Part shown: positions 28,640 through 39,185 of the stretch, in pieces
Position numbering within the stretch: the first letter of the stretch is position 1
Layout of the letters: each line of letters starts with the position of its first letter
Source: Patescibacteria group bacterium
Lineage (GTDB): Bacteria > Patescibacteriota > Minisyncoccia > JACQLN01
DNA length: 64,000 nt
Direction: 5' to 3'
Assembly: GCA_038065095.1 (NCBI GenBank)
Contig: JBBTRR010000004.1
Coordinates: 15,998-79,997, forward strand
The notes under the pieces: generated by a model
What the model was told of the DNA's origin: nothing
Seen by the model: the letters and a program-made list of their open reading frames with translations, nothing else
The model's database searches: none
Made by a program: the position numbers and the translations under genes

Positions 28640-31156
28640 ATGGAATCAAAAAAAGAAGCCTCCTCGCAAAATGCGGGCGAGCCTCGCCAAGGGCGGGGAA
28701 CAAACGTAGAACAAAATATTCAAGCACGTGAAATAACTCACGAAATGCAAGACGCTTATTTGGATTACGCTATGAGCGTTATAGTTTCGCGTGCTTTGCC
28801 AGATGTTCGAGATGGCTTAAAACCGGTGCATCGCAGAATTCTTTATTCAATGCACGAAAATGGTTTGCGTCACAGCGCTAAGTATAGAAAATGCGCTACG
28901 GTGGTTGGAGACGTTATTGGTAAATATCACCCGCATGGGGATGCGGCCATTTACGATGCCTTGGCACGTATGGCGCAAGATTTTTCTTTGCGTTACCCAC
29001 TAGTAGATGGGCAGGGAAATTTTGGTTCTATAGATGGTGATGCGCCTGCGGCTTATCGTTACACGGAATGTCGTATGGAGACTGTAGCCGAAGAAATGCT
29101 TACAGATATAGACAAAGAAACTGTAGATTGGAGGGAAACTTATGATGGTAGTAGGGAAGAACCTTCTGTTTTACCAGCTAGGGTTCCAAATATTTTACTT
29201 AACGGTTCTGTTGGTATTGCTGTTGGTATGGCTACCAATATTCCACCACATAATTTGGTGGAAGTTGTAGACGCTTTATTACATTTAACCGATAATCCAA
29301 AATCCACCAGCGAGGATTTAATGCAATTTGTAAAAGGCCCCGATTTTCCTACCGGCGGCGCAATTTATGGCAAGAAAGATATTATTCAGGCTTATGCTAC
29401 GGGTCGCGGGCCTATGGTTGTTCGCGGTATTGCCGATGTTATAGAAGGCAAAGGTTCAAAAGGTTTTCAAATAATCATTAGAGAAATACCATACCAAGTT
29501 AACAAAGCCACAATGTTGGAACATTTGGCCGATTTGGTAAAAGAAAAGAAAATTGAAGGTATAAAAGATATTCGCGATGAATCCGACAAAGATGGCATTA
29601 GAATAATGATAGAATTGCGAGGCGATGCTTACCCTCAAAAAGTTTTAAATAAACTTTATAAATTAACTGATCTTCAAAAAACTTTTCACTTAAATATGCT
29701 GGCTTTGGTTGATGGAATTCAGCCACAAGTTTTGTCTTTAAAATCGGTTTTAGAACATTATTTGGCGCATAGAAAAGTTATTGTTGAACGCCGAACCAGA
29801 TACGATCTTAAAAAAGCCGAGGAAAGAAAGCATATTTTAGAAGGCTTATCCAAAGCACTCGACCATATTGATGAAGTTATAAATACCATTAGAAAATCGG
29901 AAACCCGCGAAGATGCTCACGCTAATTTAATTAAAAAGTTTAAGCTTTCCGAAGTTCAATCAACGGCCATTTTAGAAATGCGTTTGCAAACTTTGGCAGG
30001 GCTTGAAAGAAAGAAAATAGAAGATGAGCTCGCCGAGAAAATAAAATTGATTACGTATTTAAATAGTATTTTGGATGACGCCAAAAAACTATTGGGAGTT
30101 ATTAAGGCAGAATTTAAAGAAGTTAGAGAAAAATATCCAAGCGAACGCCGCACTAAAATTTTTGTAAACCCAATTGGCGAATTTAGCGAGGAAGATTTAA
30201 TTCCCGACGAAGAAGTTATTATAACTATAAGTCGTGATGGTTTTATTAAGCGTTTGCCACCTGGCACTTATCGCACGCAAAAGCGTGGTGGTTCGGGTAA
30301 AATTGGAGCGGCTGTGGCCGAAGAAGACTTTATTCAACATTTGGTTGTGGCCAATACCCACAATAGTGTTTTGTTATTTACCTCTACGGGAAAGGTTTTT
30401 CTTTCTAAAGTTCACGAAATTCCGGTAGCCACCAGAACTTCTAAGGGTAGGGCCTTGGTTAATTTCTTGGAAATAAATCAAGAAGAATTAATTACCGCAA
30501 TTGTTCCTGTTAAATTTGATATTAAAAAATCTAAAACACAAGAAAATATTGGTAAGTTTTTAGTAATGATAACTCGTAGTGGTATAATTAAGAAAACAGA
30601 AGTTTCCGATTTTGCCAATGTAAGACGTTCTGGTTTAATCGCCATTAAACTTCATAAAGGTGACGAGCTTAATTGGGTTAAACTAACTTCGGGTAAGGAT
30701 GAAATAATTTTGGTAACGCAAAAAGGTCAAGCTATAAGATTTTCCGAAAATGATGTTCGTGATATGGGCCGAAATGCCAGTGGAGTTAACGCTATGAGGT
30801 TAAAAAGTGGAGATTTAATAGCTGGAGCCGATATAATAAGTTCGCTTAAAAAAGATGGAGAAATGCTAGTAGTGCTTTCCAAGGGTTATGCCAAAAGAAC
30901 ACCAATTAAATTCTATAAGAGACAAAAACGAGCGGGTTCAGGCATAAAAACTGCTAAAGTTACCGCAAAAACGGGCGAAATAGTTTCTGCTAAAATACTT
31001 GATCCAGAAGAAGAAGATTTAATAGTTATTTCTAAAAAAGGGCAGTTAATCCGAACCCCTATAAAGCATATTTCTGTATTAGGACGCGCCACGCAAGGCG
31101 TAAGGGTGATGAAGTTAAAAGATGGCGATCAGATAGGCTCTACAACAACGTTATAA
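28640..31156 (+). CDS. gyrA: DNA gyrase subunit A
   Basis: [40 protein letters not shown], GyrA-box-like QKRGGSG, beta-pinwheel repeats. Confidence 0.98.
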   Translation: MESKKEASSQNAGEPRQGRGTNVEQNIQAREITHEMQDAYLDYAMSVIVSRALPDVRDGLKPVHRRILYSMHENGLRHSAKYRKCATVVGDVIGKYHPHGDAAIYDALARMAQDFSLRYPLVDGQGNFGSIDGDAPAAYRYTECRMETVAEEMLTDIDKETVDWRETYDGSREEPSVLPARVPNILLNGSVGIAVGMATNIPPHNLVEVVDALLHLTDNPKSTSEDLMQFVKGPDFPTGGAIYGKKDIIQAYATGRGPMVVRGIADVIEGKGSKGFQIIIREIPYQVNKATMLEHLADLVKEKKIEGIKDIRDESDKDGIRIMIELRGDAYPQKVLNKLYKLTDLQKTFHLNMLALVDGIQPQVLSLKSVLEHYLAHRKVIVERRTRYDLKKAEERKHILEGLSKALDHIDEVINTIRKSETREDAHANLIKKFKLSEVQSTAILEMRLQTLAGLERKKIEDELAEKIKLITYLNSILDDAKKLLGVIKAEFKEVREKYPSERRTKIFVNPIGEFSEEDLIPDEEVIITISRDGFIKRLPPGTYRTQKRGGSGKIGAAVAEEDFIQHLVVANTHNSVLLFTSTGKVFLSKVHEIPVATRTSKGRALVNFLEINQEELITAIVPVKFDIKKSKTQENIGKFLVMITRSGIIKKTEVSDFANVRRSGLIAIKLHKGDELNWVKLTSGKDEIILVTQKGQAIRFSENDVRDMGRNASGVNAMRLKSGDLIAGADIISSLKKDGEMLVVLSKGYAKRTPIKFYKRQKRAGSGIKTAKVTAKTGEIVSAKILDPEEEDLIVISKKGQLIRTPIKHISVLGRATQGVRVMKLKDGDQIGSTTTL

Positions 31157-31222
31157 TAGCTTTTAGGTGGATTAGCTTCATTAGCTTTCAGCAAAACTAA
31201 TTAAGCTAAAAGCTAAAAGCTA

Positions 31223-31777
31223 ATGAAGCTAAAAATGATTCCCCAAGGAGGATTTTTAAATCCAGACTCTATAATTTCTAGTTTAAATATTAAATCAGGC
31301 TATAAAGTTGCCGATTTTGGTTCTGGTTCTGGTTTTTTTGCTTTGCTTATTGCGGCGATTGTTGGTTCGGACGGTTCGGTTACGGCTATAGATGTTTTGC
31401 AAGGTAAACTGGATACTTTAAAGTCTGCGGCGCAAGCTCGGGGGCTTTTTAACATAAGCTATGTCAGAGGCGATTTAGAAGTTTTTGGTAGTTCTAAACT
31501 TAACGATTTAAGCCAAGATATGGCTCTTTTAACAAATATTTTGTTCCAATCACAAAAAAAGTTGGATATTCTTAAAGAAGCACACAGAGTTTTAAAAGTA
31601 GGCGGAGAGTTAGTTATAGTAGATTGGGATCCAACCTCTATGTTTGGTTCTAAAGAAACTGGTTGGAAGTTTTCTAAAGAGGAGTGCCAGCAGATAGCTT
31701 CTGGAATTGGTTTTAATTTTGATAGAGAAATTACTGCAACTAATGATCATTGGGGATTAGTGTTTAAGAAAACATAA
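31223..31777 (+). CDS. Class I SAM-dependent methyltransferase
   Basis: VADFGSGSG, VTAID, HRVLKVGG.LVIVDW. Confidence 0.9.
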   Translation: MKLKMIPQGGFLNPDSIISSLNIKSGYKVADFGSGSGFFALLIAAIVGSDGSVTAIDVLQGKLDTLKSAAQARGLFNISYVRGDLEVFGSSKLNDLSQDMALLTNILFQSQKKLDILKEAHRVLKVGGELVIVDWDPTSMFGSKETGWKFSKEECQQIASGIGFNFDREITATNDHWGLVFKKT

Positions 31778-31873
31778 TTATCAATTCTCAATTTTGCAAT
31801 TATCAATGAATTTTCAATGATTCAATTATAAAATCCGTTTGAAAATTGAACATTGTAAATTGAAAATTTTAAA

Positions 31874-33154
31874 GTGCGTTACAAACTAATCATTTTCATA
31901 ACTGTAGGGGTTCTGGTGCTTTTAGCGGTTTCGGCTTTTTTGTTTGGTAAAAAACCAGGTTCTGGCGATAAAGTTGCTTTGGAATTTTGGGGTACGGATC
32001 CGGCTAGTTACTGGACAGGCATAATTTCTGCTTATCAAACCGCTAATCCAAACGTTACAATTAAATATGTTCAAAAAAATGTTTCTTCTTATGAAAAAGA
32101 TTTTGTAAATTCTTTAGCTTCAGCTTCTGGTCCAGACATTATCACTATAAATAATACTTGGTTAAATAAACACATAAATAAATTATCGCCAATGCCGGGT
32201 TCGTTAATGACTCCGCAGATGTTCCGTGATGCTTTTGCCGATGTTGCTATAAATGATTTGGTTGTAGCTAATAAAATTTATGCCATACCTTTTTATATAG
32301 ATACTATCGGTCTTTACTATAATAAAGCGCTTTTTAATAATGCCGGCATAGTTAATCCACCAAAAACTTGGGACGAATTTAATAGTGATGTAAAACAGTT
32401 AACTCAAAAAGATAGTTCAGGCGATTTTGTAAGATCTGGCGTAGCCTTAGGCACAGTTTCTAATGTTAATTATGCGAGCGATATACTTACGCTTTTAATG
32501 CTTCAAACAGGCGCGCCAATGTTAAGTAGCGATGGTAAAAAAGCCACTTTTGACGCCACTATTAAATCTTTTAACCCAGGTGAATCCGCTTTAAACTTTT
32601 ACACCAGTTTTGCTATAAGTTCCAAACCAGTTTACACGTGGAATGCTAGAATGCCCCAAGCTTTAGAGGCTTTTAAAACAGGAAAGACTGCTATGTATTT
32701 GGGTTATGCTCAAGATTTAAAAGAAATAGCCACAACTGTTAACAATCTTGGTGTGGCGCCTGCGCCTCAAATTAAAGATTCACAAAAAGATGCTTCATAT
32801 TTAGATATTAATTTTGCTTCTTACCAAGCTGGTGCGGTAACTGGAGCCAGTACCAAGAAAGATGCAGCTTGGAACTTTTTGTTTTTTGTTTCAACCAAAA
32901 ACGCAGAGGGTAGTTATATTAATGTTTCGCATTTACCGCCAGCGAGGAAAGATCTGATTTCGTATACTGCTTCGGATCCAGCCTTAAATATTTTTGCTAA
33001 ACAAATTTTAACCGCTTCCAGTTGGGCTCAACCGGACGATGTGGAAGTTAGTATAATTTTTAATAGGATGATAAATTCTGTGGCGTTAAGCCAAACACCT
33101 GCCAAAGAAGCTTTGAAAGAAGCAGTTGCCGAGGTAAATAACCTGCTAAGATAA
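31874..33154 (+). CDS. Extracellular solute-binding protein family 1 (membrane-anchored)
   Basis: GPDI, YAIP, LYYNKALF..AG...PPKTWDE, F.TGKTAM, AAWNFL. Confidence 0.9.
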   Translation: MRYKLIIFITVGVLVLLAVSAFLFGKKPGSGDKVALEFWGTDPASYWTGIISAYQTANPNVTIKYVQKNVSSYEKDFVNSLASASGPDIITINNTWLNKHINKLSPMPGSLMTPQMFRDAFADVAINDLVVANKIYAIPFYIDTIGLYYNKALFNNAGIVNPPKTWDEFNSDVKQLTQKDSSGDFVRSGVALGTVSNVNYASDILTLLMLQTGAPMLSSDGKKATFDATIKSFNPGESALNFYTSFAISSKPVYTWNARMPQALEAFKTGKTAMYLGYAQDLKEIATTVNNLGVAPAPQIKDSQKDASYLDINFASYQAGAVTGASTKKDAAWNFLFFVSTKNAEGSYINVSHLPPARKDLISYTASDPALNIFAKQILTASSWAQPDDVEVSIIFNRMINSVALSQTPAKEALKEAVAEVNNLLR

Positions 33155-33306
33155 TTTTCAATGGCCGATTTACTAAAATAAAAAATTAAAATGTAAAGTG
33201 CAAAATGACAAATCAAAATTTAAAGTTGAATTCAAGAGACAAAAAGTTATTTTTATTTTTTATATGTCATTTTAATATTTGATTTTTAATGTTTAATATT
33301 ACTTAG

Positions 33307-34437
33307 ATGAAAATTGTAAATTGTAAATTGAAAATTATTAAAGCAATTGGATTATTAGCAATTGTTTTGTTGTTGGTCACTGTAATTTCTCCTCCTGCTT
33401 ATGCCGCCAATTGCGGTGCTTCAGTTGACAACCCAGCGACCCCAGAAAATGATACACAACCATGCGTAGGAGGTTTGGTTCCCTGCACGGGTATAAACTG
33501 TTCTCTGTGTGATCTTTTTGCTTTAGCCCAAAATATTTTTAACTTTGTGGTATGGACGCTGGTGCCTATAATTGGCACGGGTATGATTTTATGGAGCGGT
33601 TTTACCATTTTAACCGCAGGCGAAAAGCCAGATCAAGTTAAAAAAGGTAGGAAAATGATAACCGCTACACTAATTGGCATAGCCATAGTTTATTCTTCTT
33701 ACATCATGGCTTCGTTTGTGGTTAAGTTTTTGGCTGGTAATGGCACAGCCAGTTCTAGCTTTAAAAATGGCCAATTTGATATTCAATGTACTAGCGAAGC
33801 AATCCGTGATGTTACAGGTAAATATCTTAAAAACGGTAGTTATACATTTGATATAAAAGATGAAATTTTATTAGCCGAAGAAGAACCAGCTCCAGAAGTT
33901 GTATCTGGACAAGAGGAAGCTTTTGATTTGGGCAAAACAGAAGGTGTTATTTTGAATATTAAAACAAAACCAGGCGTGAATTTAGACGGTGTGGATTCAC
34001 AGGTTATTAATCAATTATCAGCAGCAGTGATAGATGTTAGAACAAACGCAGCAGGCAATCCAAACTTTATCTTACAAGATTTAAAGGTTGCATCCGGTTT
34101 TAGAGATTTAGGAGAACAATTGGATCTTGTTGCTCAAAATTGTAAAGATCCAGATGCGGTTAAATGTGATCCAAAGTCTTCAAAGTATCCTATTACGTGT
34201 ATTCCTAAAGATACGGATCAAAATGGAAGCGTGGATGGCAAAAATTGCCGCCATACCACCGGTAAGGCTTTAGATGTTTGGGGTTATAATAAAAGCGGTG
34301 CTAAGTGTTGCCAAAATGAAGTTATACAAGTTATGAAAAGAAATGGTTTTTGTGTTTACAAAGAAATTTGGCATTTTGAACTTAAATCAAATTTAGAAAA
34401 AGATAAAAACAGGTTAAATGTTTTTACTTGTAACTAA
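33307..34437 (+). CDS. VirB2/TrbC-like pilin fused to a C-terminal M15-family Zn peptidase
   Basis: GLVPC..C.LCDL..L..NI; G...LTAGE.PD.V..G.K.I; then SGFR...Q, HTTG.ALD, E.WHFE. Confidence 0.78.
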   Translation: MKIVNCKLKIIKAIGLLAIVLLLVTVISPPAYAANCGASVDNPATPENDTQPCVGGLVPCTGINCSLCDLFALAQNIFNFVVWTLVPIIGTGMILWSGFTILTAGEKPDQVKKGRKMITATLIGIAIVYSSYIMASFVVKFLAGNGTASSSFKNGQFDIQCTSEAIRDVTGKYLKNGSYTFDIKDEILLAEEEPAPEVVSGQEEAFDLGKTEGVILNIKTKPGVNLDGVDSQVINQLSAAVIDVRTNAAGNPNFILQDLKVASGFRDLGEQLDLVAQNCKDPDAVKCDPKSSKYPITCIPKDTDQNGSVDGKNCRHTTGKALDVWGYNKSGAKCCQNEVIQVMKRNGFCVYKEIWHFELKSNLEKDKNRLNVFTCN

Positions 34438-34447
34438 TTATAAAAAA

Positions 34448-34786
34448 ATGAAAAAAATTGTTTATTTTCTATCTTTATTAATTTTACCCTTAATAACATT
34501 AGCTCAAACTCCACCGTCCTGTGATGGTGTTATATGTAATCCCCTAGGAGATGATGCCACTATAACGGTTTTGATTGATAGAATTATAAACTTTCTTCTC
34601 TACTTAGCCGCGCCTATAGCTGTTTTAATGACGGTTTATGCTGGGTTTTTGTTTATTACTAGAGGTGATAAGCCAGAAGAGATTAAAAAAGCGAGCAAAA
34701 TGCTTCTTTATATTGTTATTGGTGTTATTGTGCTTATACTTTCAAAATCTGTTGTAGGTTTTGTAAATAGTTTTTTGACTCCTTAA
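34448..34786 (+). CDS. VirB2/TrbC-like pilin
   Basis: Signal peptide, NPL, YAGFLFIT.G..PE.IKKA..L.Y..IG. Confidence 0.85.
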   Translation: MKKIVYFLSLLILPLITLAQTPPSCDGVICNPLGDDATITVLIDRIINFLLYLAAPIAVLMTVYAGFLFITRGDKPEEIKKASKMLLYIVIGVIVLILSKSVVGFVNSFLTP

Positions 34787-34886
34787 ATATATCCACAGCT
34801 TGTTTGTTTTGTATTATTACTATGTGATAGAATGATGTTATAAAGTCGTTTTTGTTTTAATTTAAAAACTCTCTAAAATTTAAAAA

Positions 34887-35261
34887 ATGTTTAAAAGTAT
34901 AAATTTGAATAAGTTGATCTCGGTAGGTTTGCTCTCGTTTTTTTTATTCGCTCTTAGTTTTATGGCTGTTAATGCTGCTGAAGTAACAGGAGATCTACAA
35001 CCGGAAATAGTAGGTGTAGAAAGCTTTACTAAAGAACGCCTAACAAGTACGGTGACGATTGTAGTTAACTACATTATTGGCATAGTTGCTATAGTAGCCG
35101 TGGTTATGATTGTCTGGGCAGGTTATTTGTACATTACGGCTGGTATGGACGAAAAGAACGTTGAAAAAGCCAAAAAGATGCTTTTATACGGTATTATCGG
35201 TATTGTCGTAGTTATACTTTCTTACTCAATAGTTAGTTTTGCAACAAGTTTCTTAGGATAA
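34887..35261 (+). CDS. VirB2/TrbC-like pilin
   Basis: IVWAGYLYITAG.DE..VEKAKK.LLYGIIG. Confidence 0.88.
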   Translation: MFKSINLNKLISVGLLSFFLFALSFMAVNAAEVTGDLQPEIVGVESFTKERLTSTVTIVVNYIIGIVAIVAVVMIVWAGYLYITAGMDEKNVEKAKKMLLYGIIGIVVVILSYSIVSFATSFLG

Positions 35262-35406
35262 TGTTATTAGGTATTATTTTTTTCTAAATAAGATATTTAA
35301 AAAACACTCCGATTTTTGTCGGAGTGTTTTAGTTTATCCCGTTAGAAGCTCTGTTGCCTTCTTTAAAGGTGTGGATTTGAGTTTTTAAAAATGTTACAAT
35401 TTAGAT

Positions 35407-35718
35407 ATGGAAGAGACAACCCTGTCGTCAAAAACTGAGCGATTGCCAGAGTTTTTTAGGCCACTTTTTTGGTCGTATAATTTTGATTATATTGATCCCG
35501 ATAAAGACATAAAAACAATAGTTTTGAATGTGATAAATTATGGGTATTGGAAACACTGGCATTGGTTGGTTTATCATTACGGCATAGATGTCATTAGAAA
35601 TATTTTGACCCATTTTTTGTCAACGGAACTTAGGCCGCCAGCGGAAAAACTAGCGAGGGTTGTATTCAATTTAAAATCTCTTAACAATGCATCTCGAAGC
35701 ACTAACCAAGACAGGTAG
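35407..35718 (+). CDS. DUF6922-like partner/antitoxin
   Basis: PLFWSY....D......I...INYG....W.WL...YG. Confidence 0.75.
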   Translation: MEETTLSSKTERLPEFFRPLFWSYNFDYIDPDKDIKTIVLNVINYGYWKHWHWLVYHYGIDVIRNILTHFLSTELRPPAEKLARVVFNLKSLNNASRSTNQDR

Positions 35719-36307
35719 GGAAATTTTTCCAATTCTCAAGAATTTTTCGGAATTCTATTTAGCTGGCGGCACGGCTTTGGCTTTGCAATTAGGTCATCGC
35801 GTTTCGGCTGATTTTGATTTATTTAGCGGGATTGATATTCCGGCAGAATTACTGCCACTGGTTCAAAAGACTTTTGATAAAAAGACTTTTCAAATCAGCG
35901 TCAATAACAGAGAGGAACTGACAGTATTTATAAATGGCGTTAAGATTACTTTTTTGAATTATCCATTTCCAGTTTTAGAAGATACAACTGAATATGAAGG
36001 TTTAAAAATGTTAGGCGTTTCCGAAATAGCCACAACCAAAGCTTATACTATCGGGCGCCGAGGCTCGTTTAAAGATTATGTTGATTTATATTTTGCAGTT
36101 AAGGAAAAAATTATTGGTTTGGACGGAATTATTAAACAGGCTGATAAAAAATATGGGGGATATTTTAACGGTCGTCTGTTTTTAGAACAGTTGGTTTATT
36201 TAAATGATATTGAGGATACAGAGATTATTTTTCTAAAAGAAACAGTGGATAAAAATAATCTAGAGGAGTTTTTTGTGGCAGAAATTAAAAAGATCAAATT
36301 TGATTGA
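35687..36307 (+). CDS. AbiEii/AbiGii-family nucleotidyltransferase toxin
   Basis: FYLAGGTALALQLGHRVSADFDLF, K..TI.RR...KDYVDLY. Confidence 0.9.
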   Translation: MHLEALTKTGREIFPILKNFSEFYLAGGTALALQLGHRVSADFDLFSGIDIPAELLPLVQKTFDKKTFQISVNNREELTVFINGVKITFLNYPFPVLEDTTEYEGLKMLGVSEIATTKAYTIGRRGSFKDYVDLYFAVKEKIIGLDGIIKQADKKYGGYFNGRLFLEQLVYLNDIEDTEIIFLKETVDKNNLEEFFVAEIKKIKFD

Positions 36308-36447
36308 GTTTCTGAAAAAATAATATCCTCCCATTTCGGGAGGATATTTTGTTTCTTGTTCTGCTAGAAGTAAGTTGTTCCTAGATGGCTAAAGTGTGTT
36401 TTCGGCAGGACGGACTTCTAACGGGATACAGGAGGCATAAATTTATC

Positions 36448-37299
36448 TCATTCGTTGTTTACAGGAGTAAATACTACCAAGCCGAGTTGGCTACGAACAC
36501 GGAATTTTTTTAAAGATGGGTAGTTAAAATCTTGACTCGAATATGCCGTTATATATTCATTTGAACCTTCTCGCTTAAAATGCGCCCAACCTTTAAAAAC
36601 TACATTATAATTCCCATATAAAGTAATTAATTCGGAAAAATCTTTATCATTACCGTAAACAAATATTGTTTCTTCTCTGCTATATTTTTTATCTTGGTAA
36701 GTGGAATATGTGTGATTGAAGCTGTTTAAGACAAAACCAACAGGGTTAGGATCAAAAAGAGAAAGAGAAGTGTAAGTCATTGTCCCCATAACTATCAGAG
36801 TATAAAGCTTCGGCGGAATCCAACTGCCCCATAAAAATATACCTATAACTAGAGCCATACCGCATATTAACAATTTAGGCACAGCTCCTGGGTTATTTTC
36901 TATGGGCATTTCTATTGTGTAGAGAAAAACCAGTATAGATACAAATAAAGCTGTTAGCATTCCTCTTACATAGCTACTGCCGGCAATGGCGGGATTGATG
37001 GTTTCGCCTTTTAGCATACCAATTACTATGCCAAGTGGTGAGCCTAAAAATGCTAAAGCTACACCTAAAATAAAGCATAAACCTACGCCAATGTAGGCAA
37101 ACCACGGCCAGCCGGTTAGGGCTTTGAGTATAATTGAAGCGAATATAATCAAGAACCAAATAGCTACACCTTTGGCCAGTGCCTTAAGATATGCCGGCGC
37201 CGAAGATTTTACTTTTTGATAAGTTTTTTCGGCGCCGTATATGGCGATATCAAACATCAGTTCAACTGTTTTGCCTAAAGATTCACCAGTTGTGGCCAT
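36448..37299 (-). CDS. ORFan multi-pass membrane protein
   Basis: 283 aa, about 5 TMs, AGGAGG RBS. Confidence 0.8.
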   Translation of the reverse strand: MATTGESLGKTVELMFDIAIYGAEKTYQKVKSSAPAYLKALAKGVAIWFLIIFASIILKALTGWPWFAYIGVGLCFILGVALAFLGSPLGIVIGMLKGETINPAIAGSSYVRGMLTALFVSILVFLYTIEMPIENNPGAVPKLLICGMALVIGIFLWGSWIPPKLYTLIVMGTMTYTSLSLFDPNPVGFVLNSFNHTYSTYQDKKYSREETIFVYGNDKDFSELITLYGNYNVVFKGWAHFKREGSNEYITAYSSQDFNYPSLKKFRVRSQLGLVVFTPVNNE

Positions 37300-37311
37300 A
37301 TTAAGCCTCCT

Positions 37312-37806
37312 TTATGGTGAGCTTGTTGAACCAGCAGGTTTTAGTTTGTCTCGGATTTCTTGCAGTTTCTTATTAAAACTTTCCAGCACAGGAGATGCTG
37401 ATTCTACTTTAGGATAAGCCAATTCCATAATTTGGTTAAACAGAGTTATTTCTCCTTTTATTTTCTCAAATTCTTTTTGCGGGTCTTCGGCGCTTCTTAG
37501 ACGTTCTAGTATTTGGGCTAAAAAATTCTGAAGCAGATCTTGTTTAGTAGTGTTACTTTTTGTTTGTGCTAAAACCGTAGAAAGAAAACCCGAAAAATCG
37601 CCTAGTTTTTTTACAACCACCGAAGATGTGTTAGAAAATTTTTCGGCGTGGGTTTCTACTATTCCTCGTAACACGCCCGAAATATATTCGGCTAAGTTGG
37701 AACGTAATAAACTTCCTTCGGGAATTTTTTCTGCTAATTCTTGTATCCGCTTTATTGAAGCAGGATCAAACAGCCCAGCCATTCCAGCTATCCACCTTTT
37801 GTCCAT
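37312..37806 (-). CDS. ORFan helical protein
   Basis: 164 aa, AGGAGG RBS. Confidence 0.75.
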   Translation of the reverse strand: MDKRWIAGMAGLFDPASIKRIQELAEKIPEGSLLRSNLAEYISGVLRGIVETHAEKFSNTSSVVVKKLGDFSGFLSTVLAQTKSNTTKQDLLQNFLAQILERLRSAEDPQKEFEKIKGEITLFNQIMELAYPKVESASPVLESFNKKLQEIRDKLKPAGSTSSP

Positions 37807-37982
37807 TTATAATGCCTCCTAATTTTTAAGGAACATAAAGAACTATTTGATTAGATTATAGAATGATTTTACTTTAGAAGCGAGAAGGTAATATTTCCAG
37901 AAGGACATTCCTTCTGGAAAGAAGCCAAAAAAACTCCCCCGACGCAAGGTCGGGGGAGGGTTAGGGTACAAATTAAAGAGCT

Positions 37983-39185
37983 TCATTGTTCGGAGATTGT
38001 TATGGTTCCAGTGCCGGCTACACCGCGCACTATGAACCACCTTACTTCGCCAGCTCGGCGAAATTCCATAGAATGTGGGTAGCTCACTTGAGCTCCCCAC
38101 GATTCTATGTAGGTGATCAAGCCAGAACTGGTAGTGCCGTCGTTACGGTTAATGATTCTATCGCCCGTAGAAAGCATAACTTCATACTTTCCTGGCATAT
38201 CCCATTTAACGTTGTAATCTGGACTCCATGGGATTTTTTTGGACCAGTGAACTGGGTCCAAATTTACCGTGATTTTTTGAGCGAGGCCTTCCACCTTAGG
38301 CTCCGGCTTGTTGTAGTGTCCACGTCGTTCCGGCGAAGGATTTAAACTCTCCTTTCTTTTTTGGACTTCGTGAACACTAGCCACCAATTGTTGATGGGCA
38401 TCTACATCGGCTTGGAACCCGCCGTGATAGTAGTAGCTTGCAAACTGGTTTAGCGCTAGAAGCAAGCCGATCACGATAATAAGCACGATCGCGATCACTC
38501 TTAATTTTTTTACCGCGGCGGCAATAATTATCAGGATGATAACCGCAATAGCTATCGTCCAAAATAATTTTTCACCGCTAAGGCCGCTAAGGTTGTTCAT
38601 ATCGGGCACGTTTGGCAGTTTATCACCAATCACACCGGCCAAACTAAAACCGCCGGTATCGGAGATAAACTCTTTGTTCTTCTCGCGCCAAGATATGTTT
38701 TTTTGAATCTTATTTCTGATAACATCTTGGCGTTTTTGATATGCCGAGAAATCGCCTGTCCGAATGTATTCGGATTCAGAGTTTTTAAGCTCTTGGCTGA
38801 CTTCTTCACCAAGTTTATCTTCTATACGATCGGAGCTTTCTTTCAGGGCGGCTATTTGGGCCAGTCCAGAAGGATGTAGATATTCTCCGAGGCGCATATC
38901 TTCGCGTAAACTTCTTTTTCCAAGTTCTGGACGAACGTAAGGGCTTCCGCTTAAAAAACTATCAAGCGCTGTCGGCCCAAAACGTATGGCTAGCCAAACG
39001 ATAAAAAAGAAACTCACCCATTTGTTTACTGGCGCGGGAATCTTCTGGATAAGAACAAAGAGAAAAATTATTCCCGCGATCGCAAGACACATCCAGAAAG
39101 TCATAAGCCCCACTTGCCAAAAGACAAATGAGATCGCTATAACTATCCAGAAGATTGTCCAGTTCCATGTAATGTTCATAGCCAC
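37983..39185 (-). CDS. ORFan multi-pass membrane protein
   Basis: 400 aa, several TMs, GGAGGTGG RBS, overlaps the upstream stop. Confidence 0.8.
   Translation of the reverse strand: MAMNITWNWTIFWIVIAISFVFWQVGLMTFWMCLAIAGIIFLFVLIQKIPAPVNKWVSFFFIVWLAIRFGPTALDSFLSGSPYVRPELGKRSLREDMRLGEYLHPSGLAQIAALKESSDRIEDKLGEEVSQELKNSESEYIRTGDFSAYQKRQDVIRNKIQKNISWREKNKEFISDTGGFSLAGVIGDKLPNVPDMNNLSGLSGEKLFWTIAIAVIILIIIAAAVKKLRVIAIVLIIVIGLLLALNQFASYYYHGGFQADVDAHQQLVASVHEVQKRKESLNPSPERRGHYNKPEPKVEGLAQKITVNLDPVHWSKKIPWSPDYNVKWDMPGKYEVMLSTGDRIINRNDGTTSSGLITYIESWGAQVSYPHSMEFRRAGEVRWFIVRGVAGTGTITISEQ

Larger units (their letters stand above)
35335..36428. mobile_element. IR-bounded cassette carrying a type IV TA-like pair
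   Basis: TATCCCGTTAGAAG (35335-35348) and its perfect reverse complement (36415-36428). Confidence 0.7.
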
